32,000 bases of DNA from Mycolicibacterium smegmatis. Lineage in GTDB: Bacteria; Actinomycetota; Actinomycetes; Mycobacteriales; Mycobacteriaceae. Of the stretch, positions 8,387 to 16,768 are shown piece after piece. Positions within the stretch are counted from its first letter, which is position 1, and each line of letters opens with the position of its first letter. The position numbers and the translations under genes are program-made. The stretch covers positions 5,100,001 to 5,132,000 of the forward strand of contig NZ_LN831039.1 of NCBI RefSeq assembly GCF_001457595.1. The letters are read 5' to 3'. The notes beneath the pieces were generated by a model. That model was not told the origin of the DNA. It searched no databases and saw only the letters and a program-made list of their open reading frames with translations.

Positions 8387-8845
8387 ATGAGCATGCGACG
8401 TACCGCCGCCGCGGTGGGTATCGCGGTGGCCATCGGCGGCCTGGGCGGCGCGGCGATCTACGCCGCGACCGACGCGGGCAGCTCGGGACCTTTTCGTGGC
8501 GGGCCGGGCGGGCCACCCCGCGCCGCGGGCGTGTGGGGGCCACAACACCGCGAGCATGCCGATCCCGCGACCGTGCGCAGCGAGACCGTCCTCGTCGACA
8601 GCAAAGGCGGCTTCACCACAACGGTCACGCAGACCGGCACCATCACGGCGCTGTCACCGACCACGGTGACCGTCCGCAGCAGCGACGGTTTCACGCAGTC
8701 CTACACGCTGCCGGACCCAGCGCGACCTGGCGCCGCGCCGCCGTTCGGGATCGACGACACCGTGGAGGTGCGCGCGACCCGCGACGGCGAAACGCTCACG
8801 GTCACCAGTATCGGCGAACCGCCTGCTCAGCCGGCAGCGCCGTAA
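8387..8845 (+). CDS. Secreted or membrane-anchored protein of unknown function with a Gly/Pro linker and two beta-strand repeats (152 aa)
   Basis: MSMRRTAAAVGIAVAIGGLGGAAIYAA is a signal or anchor segment. It is followed by GPFRGGPGGPPRAAG and then GTITALSPTTVTVRSSDG and TVEVRATRDGETLTVTSIG. The gene is divergent from the response regulator. The 509-aa track ORF is an upstream GC artefact. Confidence 0.65.
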   Translation: MSMRRTAAAVGIAVAIGGLGGAAIYAATDAGSSGPFRGGPGGPPRAAGVWGPQHREHADPATVRSETVLVDSKGGFTTTVTQTGTITALSPTTVTVRSSDGFTQSYTLPDPARPGAAPPFGIDDTVEVRATRDGETLTVTSIGEPPAQPAAP

Positions 8846-9060
8846 CCGTCGGGCAACTCAACCTCGATGGGCGGCGTCGCAATCGAGGTCTCCAACTCGG
8901 TGGGAGCCCCGGTCTGCGTTGAAGTTTCACCCATTGTCGGCCCAAGGGCCTCATCGAACTGAGCCGAACCGGACAGGCCAGAGCCCCCGAGTACGCCGAA
9001 CGCACCCATGCTCACCGCAGCCGCGGCACCGAGCCCTGCCAATGTGTATTTGATCTTCAT
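8827..9060 (-). CDS. Small secreted Thr/Pro/Glu-rich peptide, paralogue 1 (77 aa)
   Basis: MKIKYTLAGLGAAAAVSMGAFGVLGG is a signal-peptide-like N-terminus. The mature part contains GETSTQTGAPTELETSIATP...PDGY. AGGTGG lies upstream of the ATG. This part is homologous to paralogue 2. Confidence 0.55.
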   Translation of the reverse strand: MKIKYTLAGLGAAAAVSMGAFGVLGGSGLSGSAQFDEALGPTMGETSTQTGAPTELETSIATPPIEVELPDGYGAAG

Positions 9061-9088
9061 CCTGACCACCTGTAGCGATTTTTGGTCA

Positions 9089-9111
9089 GGCCTCCCGTTC
9101 AGCGGGAGGCC
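9089..9111 (-). terminator. GC-rich stem-loop (9-bp stem, 5-nt loop) between small-peptide genes 2 and 1
   Basis: ggcctcccg (9089-9097) pairs perfectly with cgggaggcc (9103-9111). There is no U-tract on the minus-strand RNA, so it would be an I-shaped terminator or attenuator at best. A second copy of cctcccg at 9162-9168 offers an alternative pairing. Confidence 0.35.
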
Positions 9112-9187
9112 CGTCGAACGATCGGCGGCCACCATAAGCAGGGCTCAGCGGGGCTGTCCACCCTCCCGGTCGGCGCGCACGTCTGGA

Positions 9188-9451
9188 TCAGTGCGGTTCA
9201 GCAAACCCTGAAGGCGTGGTCGCGCTCACCGACGGCGTGGCAACGGACGTCTCGGGCGATGTCGGCGCCGTGGTCTCGGTGATGGTCTCACCGGTGGTGA
9301 TGGCGGGTTCGGGCGGCAGCGTTCCGGTGTGGTCAGGTTCGGCGAGCCCCTGGGCAGCGCCGAGACCGACGACCGCCATGGCAAGCGCGCCTGCTGCACC
9401 GAAACTCGCTGCGGCGATCTTGAAACCTCGGCGGTTCTTGGCTGAACTCAC
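9188..9451 (-). CDS. Small secreted Thr/Pro/Glu-rich peptide, paralogue 2 (87 aa)
   Basis: A GTG start at 9451 is preceded by GGAGG with an 8-nt spacer. The protein begins VSSAKNRRGFKIAAASFGAAGALAMAVVGLGAAQG (signal-like) and continues GETITETTAPTSPETSVATP...PSGF. Confidence 0.6.
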   Translation of the reverse strand: MSSAKNRRGFKIAAASFGAAGALAMAVVGLGAAQGLAEPDHTGTLPPEPAITTGETITETTAPTSPETSVATPSVSATTPSGFAEPH

Positions 9452-9502
9452 GTGGTTCACCTCCGATATCTCGGCTTTGACTCCTCGTGCAGGAGTAGCC
9501 GG

Positions 9503-9530
9503 ATGAACCGGAGGCGAAACCGTCGTGAGC
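9503..9530. promoter_or_regulatory. Triple direct repeat ATGAACC-N4-GCGAAAC-N4-GTGAGC upstream of small-peptide gene 2
   Basis: The period is 11 + 11 nt, and it lies 52-79 nt upstream of the GTG at 9451. It is a degenerate version of the element at 9803-9830. Confidence 0.3.
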
Positions 9531-9541
9531 ACAGCGGCGGG

Positions 9542-9775
9542 CTACTTGGCGGCCTCTTCTTCCGAAGGCAACGGAGCCGGGCCCTTGATCGCCGGCACCG
9601 CCATCGGCACTCCGGGCGCCGTGGGCGGCGTCGTCTCGGTGCTCGTCGAACCCATGTTCATCTTCGCTCCGTGTGCCGACGCGGTGCCCTCGGCCAGCAC
9701 GCCTGCGACCCCGAAAACCAACAATGCGGCGCCGCCGGCGCTTGCCGCGAGCAACTTCAGCCTGTTTGTCCCCAT
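9542..9775 (-). CDS. Small secreted Thr/Pro-rich peptide, paralogue 3 (77 aa)
   Basis: The ATG at 9775 is preceded by GGAGGAACTGTC. The protein begins MGTNRLKLLAASAGGAALLVFGVAGVLAEGTASA (signal-like) and continues GSTSTETTPPTAPGVPMAVP. Confidence 0.6.
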   Translation of the reverse strand: MGTNRLKLLAASAGGAALLVFGVAGVLAEGTASAHGAKMNMGSTSTETTPPTAPGVPMAVPAIKGPAPLPSEEEAAK

Positions 9776-9802
9776 GACAGTTCCTCCACTGATCGAGCCT
9801 CG

Positions 9803-9830
9803 GTGAAGCTCCAGGTGAAACCAGTGAATC
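9803..9830. promoter_or_regulatory. Triple direct repeat GTGAAGC-TCCAG-GTGAAAC-CA-GTGAATC upstream of small-peptide gene 3 (shared intergenic region with oppB)
   Basis: Three GTGAA units start at 9803, 9815 and 9824. The element lies 28-55 nt upstream of the ATG at 9775. This architecture is typical of OmpR-family binding sites, but the assignment is inference. Confidence 0.4.
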
Positions 9831-9973
9831 CGGCATTTCTATGACCAGGCTGTACACCCGCTGGCAATTGCCCACACGGCACGGGGAACGCCACACACGG
9901 TGCGTCGTGGCCCGCATCACGGCCTCATGGCGCCACCTCTTCTACCCTTGGCACCCATGGCAGGACGGACGAC

Positions 9974-10951
9974 ATGACGCGGTTTCTCGCGCGCCGGCTG
10001 CTCAATTACGTGATCCTGCTGGCACTGGCCTCGGTCCTGACGTTCACGCTCACGTCGTTGTCGTTCGATCCGCTCGACAGCCTGCTGCAGCGCAACCCGC
10101 GTCCACCGCAGTCCACGATCGACGCGAAGGCCGCCGAACTGGGCCTCGACAAGCCCATCCCGCTGCGTTATCTGCACTGGGCCTCAGGAGCGGTGCGCGG
10201 CGACTTCGGCACGACGGTGACGGGCCAGCCGGTCTCCGAGGAGTTGTGGCGCCGGATCGGGGTGAGCCTGCGCCTGCTGCTGCTCGGCTCGATCCTTGGC
10301 ACCGTGATCGGTGTGGTGGTGGGCGCGTGGGGAGCCATCCGCCAGTACCGGCTGTCGGACCGTGTGGTGACCGTGGTGTCGCTGCTGATCCTGAGCACGC
10401 CGACGTTCGTGGTCGCCAACCTGCTGATCCTGGGCGCGCTCGACGTGAACTCGGTGCTGGGGTTCCGGCTGTTCGAGTACACCGGCGAGACCTCACCGGA
10501 CGCGGTGGGCGGTTCCTGGGCGCAGTTCGTCGACCGGCTACAGCATCTGGTGTTGCCGACGCTGACGCTGGCGCTCGGCGGGATCGCGGGTTTCAGCCGC
10601 TACCAGCGCAACGCGATGCTCGACGTGCTGAGCCAGGACTACATCCGCACCGCTCGGGCCAAGGGGCTGACCCGCAGGCGCGCGCTGTTCAAACACGGCC
10701 TGCGCACCGCACTGATCCCCATGGCGACGCTGTTCGCCTACACCGTCGCGGGACTGGTCACGGGCGCGGTGTTCGTGGAGAAGATCTTCGGCTGGCACGG
10801 CATGGGTGAATGGGTGGTGCAGGGCATCGCCACGCAGGACACCAACATCATCGCGGCGATCACGGTGTTCACCGGCACCGTGGTGCTGCTGGCGGGTCTG
10901 CTGAGCGACGTCATCTACGCGATGCTCGATCCGAGGGTGCGGGTGACATGA
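9974..10951 (+). CDS. oppB: Oligopeptide ABC transporter permease
   Basis: MTRFLARRLLNYVILL... is a characteristic OppB/DppB N-terminus. The protein has six hydrophobic segments and an EAA-type loop (YIRTARAKGL). It overlaps the next gene by ATGA. Synteny matches Rv1283c. Confidence 0.9.
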   Translation: MTRFLARRLLNYVILLALASVLTFTLTSLSFDPLDSLLQRNPRPPQSTIDAKAAELGLDKPIPLRYLHWASGAVRGDFGTTVTGQPVSEELWRRIGVSLRLLLLGSILGTVIGVVVGAWGAIRQYRLSDRVVTVVSLLILSTPTFVVANLLILGALDVNSVLGFRLFEYTGETSPDAVGGSWAQFVDRLQHLVLPTLTLALGGIAGFSRYQRNAMLDVLSQDYIRTARAKGLTRRRALFKHGLRTALIPMATLFAYTVAGLVTGAVFVEKIFGWHGMGEWVVQGIATQDTNIIAAITVFTGTVVLLAGLLSDVIYAMLDPRVRVT

Positions 10952-11880
10952 CCGACACCTCAGCCGAATCGGCGCGCTCGGGCCTGCACACCGAGGAGTT
11001 CGCGACGCGGCGCACGCTGGTGTTCCGCCGCTTCGTGCGCAACAAGCCCGCGGTGGTGTCGCTCGCGGTGCTCGTGCTGATGTTCGTGGGCTGCTACGCG
11101 CTGCCACCGCTGCTGCCCTACAGCTACACCGACCTCGACTACTACGCGCTGCAGCAACCGCCCTCACCTGAACACTGGTTCGGCACCACGGCTCTGGGGC
11201 AGGACATCCTGGCGCAGGTGTTGCGCGGCATGCAGAAATCCATGCTGATCGGCGTGTGCGTGGCGTTCATCTCGACGATCATCGCGGCCACGGTCGGATC
11301 GATCGCCGGGTACTTCGGCGGATGGCGCGACCGCACGCTCATGTGGATCGTCGACGTGCTGCTGGTGGTCCCGAGCTTCATCCTGATCGCGATCGTGACA
11401 CCGCGTCTCAACGATGCCGACCGGGTGTTCTGGTTGATAGTCCTGCTGTCTCTGTTCAGCTGGATGATCAGCTCACGCATCGTGCGCGGTATGACGATGA
11501 GCCTGCGCTCGCGCGAATTCGTCGTCGCCGCACGGTACATGGGCGTGCGCAGCGGACGGATCATCGTGCGCCACATCCTGCCCAACGTGGCGTCACTGCT
11601 GATCATCGACACCGCGCTCAACGTCGGCACCGCGATCCTGGCCGAAACCGGTTTGAGCTTCCTCGGTTTCGGTATCCAGCCACCCGACGTGTCGCTGGGC
11701 ACGCTGATCGCCGACGGCACGGGTTCGGCGACCACGTTCCCGTGGGTGTTCCTGTTCCCGGCCGGGGTGCTGGTGCTGATCATCCTGTGCTCCAACCTGG
11801 TCGGTGACGGACTGCGTGACGCGCTCGACCCCGGCAGCGGGGGCCTGCGCCGCAAGTCCCGCAGGAAGGGCCGCCGATGA
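10948..11880 (+). CDS. oppC: Oligopeptide ABC transporter permease
   Basis: The ATG at 10948 overlaps the oppB stop. The protein has OppC/DppC-type features ([23 protein letters not shown]). It overlaps oppD by ATGA. Confidence 0.9.
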   Translation: MTDTSAESARSGLHTEEFATRRTLVFRRFVRNKPAVVSLAVLVLMFVGCYALPPLLPYSYTDLDYYALQQPPSPEHWFGTTALGQDILAQVLRGMQKSMLIGVCVAFISTIIAATVGSIAGYFGGWRDRTLMWIVDVLLVVPSFILIAIVTPRLNDADRVFWLIVLLSLFSWMISSRIVRGMTMSLRSREFVVAARYMGVRSGRIIVRHILPNVASLLIIDTALNVGTAILAETGLSFLGFGIQPPDVSLGTLIADGTGSATTFPWVFLFPAGVLVLIILCSNLVGDGLRDALDPGSGGLRRKSRRKGRR

Positions 11881-13721
11881 GCCGCCTGCTGGAAGTGCGC
11901 GATCTGACCGTGGCCTTCCCCACCGACACCGACGCGGTGCACGCCGTGCGCGGCGTGAGTTTCGACATCGACGCCCGCGAGGTCGTCGCGCTGGTCGGAG
12001 AATCGGGCGCAGGCAAATCGGCCACCGCCATGGCCGTGGCGGGCCTGCTGCCCGAGTTCGCCGAGGTGTCCGGATCGGTGCTGCTGCGCGGCGACGAACT
12101 GCTCGGGCGATCAGATCAGGACATGTCGCGGATCCGGGGCAACGTCATCGGCACGGTGTTCCAGGACCCCATGTCGGCGCTGACGCCGGTCTACACCGTC
12201 GGCGACCAGATCGCCGAGGCGCTGCAGGTGCACAACCGCGACATGGGCCGCCGCGCCGCGCGTGCCCGCGCCGTGGAACTGCTCGACCTCGTCGGCATCG
12301 CGCAGCCCGAGCGGCGCGCCAGGTCGTTCCCGCACGAACTGTCCGGCGGCGAACGGCAACGCGTCGTGATCGCGATCGCCATCGCCAACGACCCCGACCT
12401 GTTGATCTGTGACGAGCCGACCACCGCGCTCGACGTCACGGTGCAGGCCCAGATCCTCGACGTGCTCAAGACCGCGCGTGACGTGACCGGCGCGGCCGTG
12501 CTGATCATCACGCACGATCTCGGCGTGGTCGCCGAGTTCGCCGACCGCGCCCTGGTGATGTACGCGGGCCGCACGGTCGAGCAGGCGGCCGTGGGTGAGC
12601 TGTACCGCAACGCCCGAATGCCCTACACCGTGGGACTTCTCGGCTCGGTGCCGCGTCTGGGCGCACCGCAGGGCACCCGCCTGATCCCGATCCCCGGCGC
12701 TCCCCCGGCGCTGACCGCGATACCGCACGGGTGCCCGTTCGCCCCGCGCTGCCCGCTCGCGATCGACGAGTGCACGGCCGCCGAGCCGGAACTGGTCGCG
12801 GTGTCGACGAATTCGCGCGACCACCGTGCGGCCTGCATCCGCACCGACGAGGTCGCCGAACGCTCGGCGTCCGAGATCTACCACGTCGAGGCGCGACCGC
12901 AGGCTCCCGAACCCACCGGCGACGCACCCGTGGTGCTGCGCGTGCAGGGCCTGGCCAAGACCTACAAGCTGACCAAGGGTGCGGTGTTCCGCCGCCAGGT
13001 CGGCGAGGTCAAGGCCGTCGACGACATCAGTTTCGAACTGCGCCAGGGCCGCACGCTCGGCATCGTCGGCGAATCCGGCTCGGGCAAGTCCACCACCTTG
13101 CACCAGATCCTGGATCTCGCGGCGCCGCAGTCCGGTTCGATCGAGGTGCTCGGCACCGACGTCGCGACACTCGACCGCGCCGCACGACGCACGCTGCGCA
13201 CCGATCTGCAGGTGGTGTTCCAAGACCCCGTGGCCAGCCTGGACCCGCGCCTGCCGGTGTTCGACGTGTTGGCAGAACCGTTGATCGCCAACGGTTTCGA
13301 CAAGTCCGCGCGCTCTGAGCGGGTGGCCGAACTGCTCGAGGTCGTGGGCCTGCGCCGCACCGACGCCGCGCGGTACCCCACCGAGTTCTCGGGCGGGCAG
13401 AAACAGCGCATCGGCATCGCCCGCGCGCTGGCGCTGCGCCCCAAGATCATCGCGCTCGACGAACCGGTGTCCGCACTCGACGTGTCGATCCAGGCCGGCA
13501 TCATCAACCTGCTGCTCGACCTGCAGGACAGATTCGGGTTGTCCTATCTGTTCGTCTCCCACGACCTGTCCGTGGTCAAACACCTGGCCCACGACGTCGC
13601 GGTCATGTACAAGGGTTCGATCGTCGAGCAGGGACCCAGCGATGACGTCTTCGCCCATCCCCGGCACGAGTACACCCGGCGCTTGCTGGCCGCCGTACCG
13701 CAACCCGACCCCGGCGGGTAA
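11877..13721 (+). CDS. oppD: Fused double-ATPase subunit of the oligopeptide ABC transporter (OppD/OppF fusion, 614 aa)
   Basis: Two complete NBDs are present: GESGAGKSA / LSGGERQRV / [12 protein letters not shown] and GESGSGKST / [14 protein letters not shown] / [13 protein letters not shown] Cys-rich linker ([14 protein letters not shown]...C) sits after NBD1. The size and fusion match Rv1281c. Confidence 0.92.
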   Translation: MSRLLEVRDLTVAFPTDTDAVHAVRGVSFDIDAREVVALVGESGAGKSATAMAVAGLLPEFAEVSGSVLLRGDELLGRSDQDMSRIRGNVIGTVFQDPMSALTPVYTVGDQIAEALQVHNRDMGRRAARARAVELLDLVGIAQPERRARSFPHELSGGERQRVVIAIAIANDPDLLICDEPTTALDVTVQAQILDVLKTARDVTGAAVLIITHDLGVVAEFADRALVMYAGRTVEQAAVGELYRNARMPYTVGLLGSVPRLGAPQGTRLIPIPGAPPALTAIPHGCPFAPRCPLAIDECTAAEPELVAVSTNSRDHRAACIRTDEVAERSASEIYHVEARPQAPEPTGDAPVVLRVQGLAKTYKLTKGAVFRRQVGEVKAVDDISFELRQGRTLGIVGESGSGKSTTLHQILDLAAPQSGSIEVLGTDVATLDRAARRTLRTDLQVVFQDPVASLDPRLPVFDVLAEPLIANGFDKSARSERVAELLEVVGLRRTDAARYPTEFSGGQKQRIGIARALALRPKIIALDEPVSALDVSIQAGIINLLLDLQDRFGLSYLFVSHDLSVVKHLAHDVAVMYKGSIVEQGPSDDVFAHPRHEYTRRLLAAVPQPDPGG

Positions 13722-13760
13722 TGCCGTCACCTAAGCGCAGTTACCTCTAGCATCGGCGGG

Positions 13761-15467
13761 GTGAAGCCGATCAGCGGGAAGACCACCTCGATTCTGCGAC
13801 GCCTCGCCGCCGCCGCATGCGTCGGCGCCGTCACGATGGCCATGACCTCGTGCACGAGCGACGAGCGCGACATACCGTCGGCCGGCGGAACCGCCGAGGT
13901 CGGCGCCACCAACGACATCAACCCGCAGGACGTGGCCAACCTGCGCCAGGGCGGCAACCTGCGACTGGCGCTCCCCGGCTTCCCGTCGAACTTCAACACG
14001 CTGCACATCGACGGCAACGAGGCGAGCCTGGGCGGCCTGATGCGCGCGACGCTGCCGCGCGCCTACCGCGTGGGTCCCGACGGTTCGACCACGGTCAACA
14101 CCGACTACTTCACCAGCGTCGAACTCACCAGCACCGATCCGCAGGTGGTGACCTACACCATCAACCCCGAGGCCGTGTGGACCGACGGCACACCCATCAC
14201 GTGGGAGGACATCGCGGCGCAGATCCACGCCACGAGCGGCAAGGACAAGGCGTTCCAGATCGCGTCGCTCAACGGCTCCGACCGGGTCGCCTCGGTCACC
14301 CGCGGCGTCGACGACCGGCAGGCCGTCGTGACGTTCGCCGAGCCGTTCTCGGAGTGGCAGGGCATGTTCGCGGGCAACACCATGCTGCTGCCCAAGAGCA
14401 GCACGTCCGATCCCGAGGTGTTCAACAAGGGCCAGCTGAACGGTCCCGGACCGTCGGCCGGTCCGTTCATGGTCTCCAACGTCGACCGCGGCGCGCAGCG
14501 GATCACGTTGACCCGCAACCCGAAATGGTGGGGCGAACCGCCCGTGCTCGACAGCATCACCTACACCGTGCTCGACGACGCGGCCCGGATCCCCGCACTG
14601 CAGAACAACGCACTCGACGCCACGGGCGTCGCATCGCTCGACGAGCTGGAAATCGCGCGCAGAACCCCCGGCATCTCGATCCGCCGGGCGCCATCGCCCA
14701 GCTGGTACCACTTCACGTTCAACGGCGCGCCCGGTTCGATCCTGGCCGACAAGGCGCTACGGCAGGCGGTCGCCAAGGGCATCGACCGCAACATCATCAC
14801 GACCGTGGCGCAGCGCGGGCTCGCCGACGATCCCAAGCCGCTGAACAACCACATCTTCGTGGCCGGTCAGGAGGGCTACCAGGACAACAGCGAGGTGGTG
14901 GCGTTCGACCCGGAGAAGGCCAAGGCCGAACTGGACGCACTGGGCTGGACGCTCAAGCCCGGTGCGCAGTTCCGCGAGAAGGACGGCAAGCGCCTGACCA
15001 TCCGCGACGTGCTCTACGACTCGCAGAGCACCAGGCAGATCGCCACGATCGCGCAGAACTCCCTGGCGCAGATCGGCGTCGAGCTGCGTATCGAGGCCAA
15101 GCCCGGCAGCGGGTTCTTCACCGACTGGATCATCCCGGGCAACTTCGACATCGCGCAGTTCTCGTGGGTGGGCGACGCGTTCTCGCTGTGCTGCCTCAAC
15201 CAGATCTACACGACCGACGCCGACAGCAACTTCGGCAGGATCAGCAGCCCGGAGGTCGACACCAAGGCGATCGCCACCATGGGCGAGCTGGATCCGGAGA
15301 AGGCCAGGACGATGGCCAACGAACTCGACAAGCTGATCTGGGAAGAGGTGTTCAGCCTGCCGTTGTTCCAGAGCCCGGGCAACGTCGCGGTGCGCAGCAA
15401 CCTGGCCAACTACGGGCCCGCGGGCATCGGTGACATCGACATCACCAAGGTCGGTTTCATGAAGTAG
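13761..15467 (+). CDS. oppA: Family-5 solute-binding lipoprotein of the oligopeptide transporter
   Basis: GTG start. The signal peptide carries a lipobox-like ...AVTMAMTSC. The 568-aa body has SBP_bac_5 character (NPKWWGEPP, GYQDNS). Confidence 0.88.
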   Translation: MKPISGKTTSILRRLAAAACVGAVTMAMTSCTSDERDIPSAGGTAEVGATNDINPQDVANLRQGGNLRLALPGFPSNFNTLHIDGNEASLGGLMRATLPRAYRVGPDGSTTVNTDYFTSVELTSTDPQVVTYTINPEAVWTDGTPITWEDIAAQIHATSGKDKAFQIASLNGSDRVASVTRGVDDRQAVVTFAEPFSEWQGMFAGNTMLLPKSSTSDPEVFNKGQLNGPGPSAGPFMVSNVDRGAQRITLTRNPKWWGEPPVLDSITYTVLDDAARIPALQNNALDATGVASLDELEIARRTPGISIRRAPSPSWYHFTFNGAPGSILADKALRQAVAKGIDRNIITTVAQRGLADDPKPLNNHIFVAGQEGYQDNSEVVAFDPEKAKAELDALGWTLKPGAQFREKDGKRLTIRDVLYDSQSTRQIATIAQNSLAQIGVELRIEAKPGSGFFTDWIIPGNFDIAQFSWVGDAFSLCCLNQIYTTDADSNFGRISSPEVDTKAIATMGELDPEKARTMANELDKLIWEEVFSLPLFQSPGNVAVRSNLANYGPAGIGDIDITKVGFMK

Positions 15468-16686
15468 CGGGCAGCACGCTGTCGGCCATGCCCTCTGCTG
15501 CGACCGCGGCCGAGATCGCGGCCACCAGCAGCCGGATCGGCATGCGCGGCGGCAACGCGTCGAGCTCGTCGGCGGTGTGCGGAAGCTGTTCGGCCGCACC
15601 GTTGCACACCGCCTGCATGATCGCGATCGCGGCGCGCTCGCGGGTGTCGACGATGCTGTGCGCGGCGGTCGCCATGCACACCGGTGTCGCGCCGGGAATC
15701 AGGGACGCCACCCGCTGGGCCAGCGCGGGCGGGGTGATCAGATCTCGCCCGCCCGACACCACGACCGTGGGCCAGGTGAACTTCGGCATCTCGGCCGTCA
15801 GATCGTAGGGTTCGGCCTCGAACGGTTCGTGGAATTTGGTGGCGCGGGCCATCTCCGCCATCTCGAGGGCGGGATCGAGCGGCAGGCCGTCGGGTACGCC
15901 CGCGTAGTTCAACTCGCGGAACGCGATACGTCCCACCAGATCGATCTCGTTGCGGTACGGCGCCTTCCGCGTCGACACGCGACCGAGCCGGCCCAGCGTC
16001 CGCCACAACAGCGTGTGCCCGTCGAGCAGCAGGTCGAGTTGGCGGTCGAGCAACCGCGCGCCGCCGTAGCCGTACAGCAGGCCCGCGAGCTGACCGCCCG
16101 TGAGCCTCCCGGTCTCGACGAGTTTGCGCACCTTGGGCGCCAGCGCGGCGGTGTCCGGACCGGTACCTTCCCACAGCAGGTTGCGGATGGCGGTGCGCAT
16201 CTCGTCGAGGTCGTGGGCCGAGAGCACCGGGGAGTCGAGCACCATGGCCGCGACGCGACCCGGGTGACGCACGCCCACCCCGGACGCGAGATAGGAACCG
16301 TACGACGTGCCGTAGACGACGGCCGTGCCGACGCCCGCATCGTCGAGGACCGCGGCGATGTCGTCGAGCACCTGCTCCACCGTGATGGCCTCGGCCGGCA
16401 GATCGGCGCCGGCATCGGTGCGCCGCGACATCCCGATCCCGCGGTGTTCGACCATGATCACGTCGAGACCAGAGGTTGCGAGACGCCGCCGCAGGCCGCG
16501 GTACTGCTGGATCGACGCGACACCGGGTCCGCCCGGGATGAGCACCACCGGATGGCGCGATTTGCGGCCCGCGCGCACGTAGAACACGTCGAACTGCTCG
16601 TCGGCGCCGGGGGCCACGGGTCTGCGGACCGCCCGCACCCCGGGTAACGCGGCAAGCGTGGCGTGCTTGCGACCGTGGTTTGCCAT
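15457..16686 (-). CDS. Alpha/beta-hydrolase, prolyl-aminopeptidase-like (409 aa)
   Basis: It has HPVVLIPGGPG, the nucleophile elbow GTSYGS, and a cap-domain-sized insertion. I chose the ATG at 16686 (MANHGRK); the longer track ORF runs antisense into the neighbouring gene. Confidence 0.75.
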   Translation of the reverse strand: MANHGRKHATLAALPGVRAVRRPVAPGADEQFDVFYVRAGRKSRHPVVLIPGGPGVASIQQYRGLRRRLATSGLDVIMVEHRGIGMSRRTDAGADLPAEAITVEQVLDDIAAVLDDAGVGTAVVYGTSYGSYLASGVGVRHPGRVAAMVLDSPVLSAHDLDEMRTAIRNLLWEGTGPDTAALAPKVRKLVETGRLTGGQLAGLLYGYGGARLLDRQLDLLLDGHTLLWRTLGRLGRVSTRKAPYRNEIDLVGRIAFRELNYAGVPDGLPLDPALEMAEMARATKFHEPFEAEPYDLTAEMPKFTWPTVVVSGGRDLITPPALAQRVASLIPGATPVCMATAAHSIVDTRERAAIAIMQAVCNGAAEQLPHTADELDALPPRMPIRLLVAAISAAVAAEGMADSVLPATS

Positions 16687-16768
16687 CGGGAACCATTCTG
16701 CCCGCACGTTTTGGTTCGGGCTGATCCAAAGCAGTGCCCGTGGGGTGCGGCCCCGATACAACGAAGGC

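Noticed and set aside
9216-9806. Plus-strand ORFs (9216-9506 at 96 aa and 9525-9806 at 93 aa) antisense to small-peptide genes 2 and 3.
   Set aside because: They have no Shine-Dalgarno elements and no signal-like or domain-like features. They also show no paralogy to each other. The minus-strand ORFs have GGAGG sites, signal-peptide-like N-termini and a shared motif.
9831-9973. Short repeats (CCACACGG at about 9881 and CCACACACGG at about 9891) and small stems in the oppB leader, as a possible riboswitch or attenuator.
   Set aside because: The stems are at most 5 bp, there is no resemblance to a riboswitch class I recognise, and I could not find a coherent alternative-structure arrangement.
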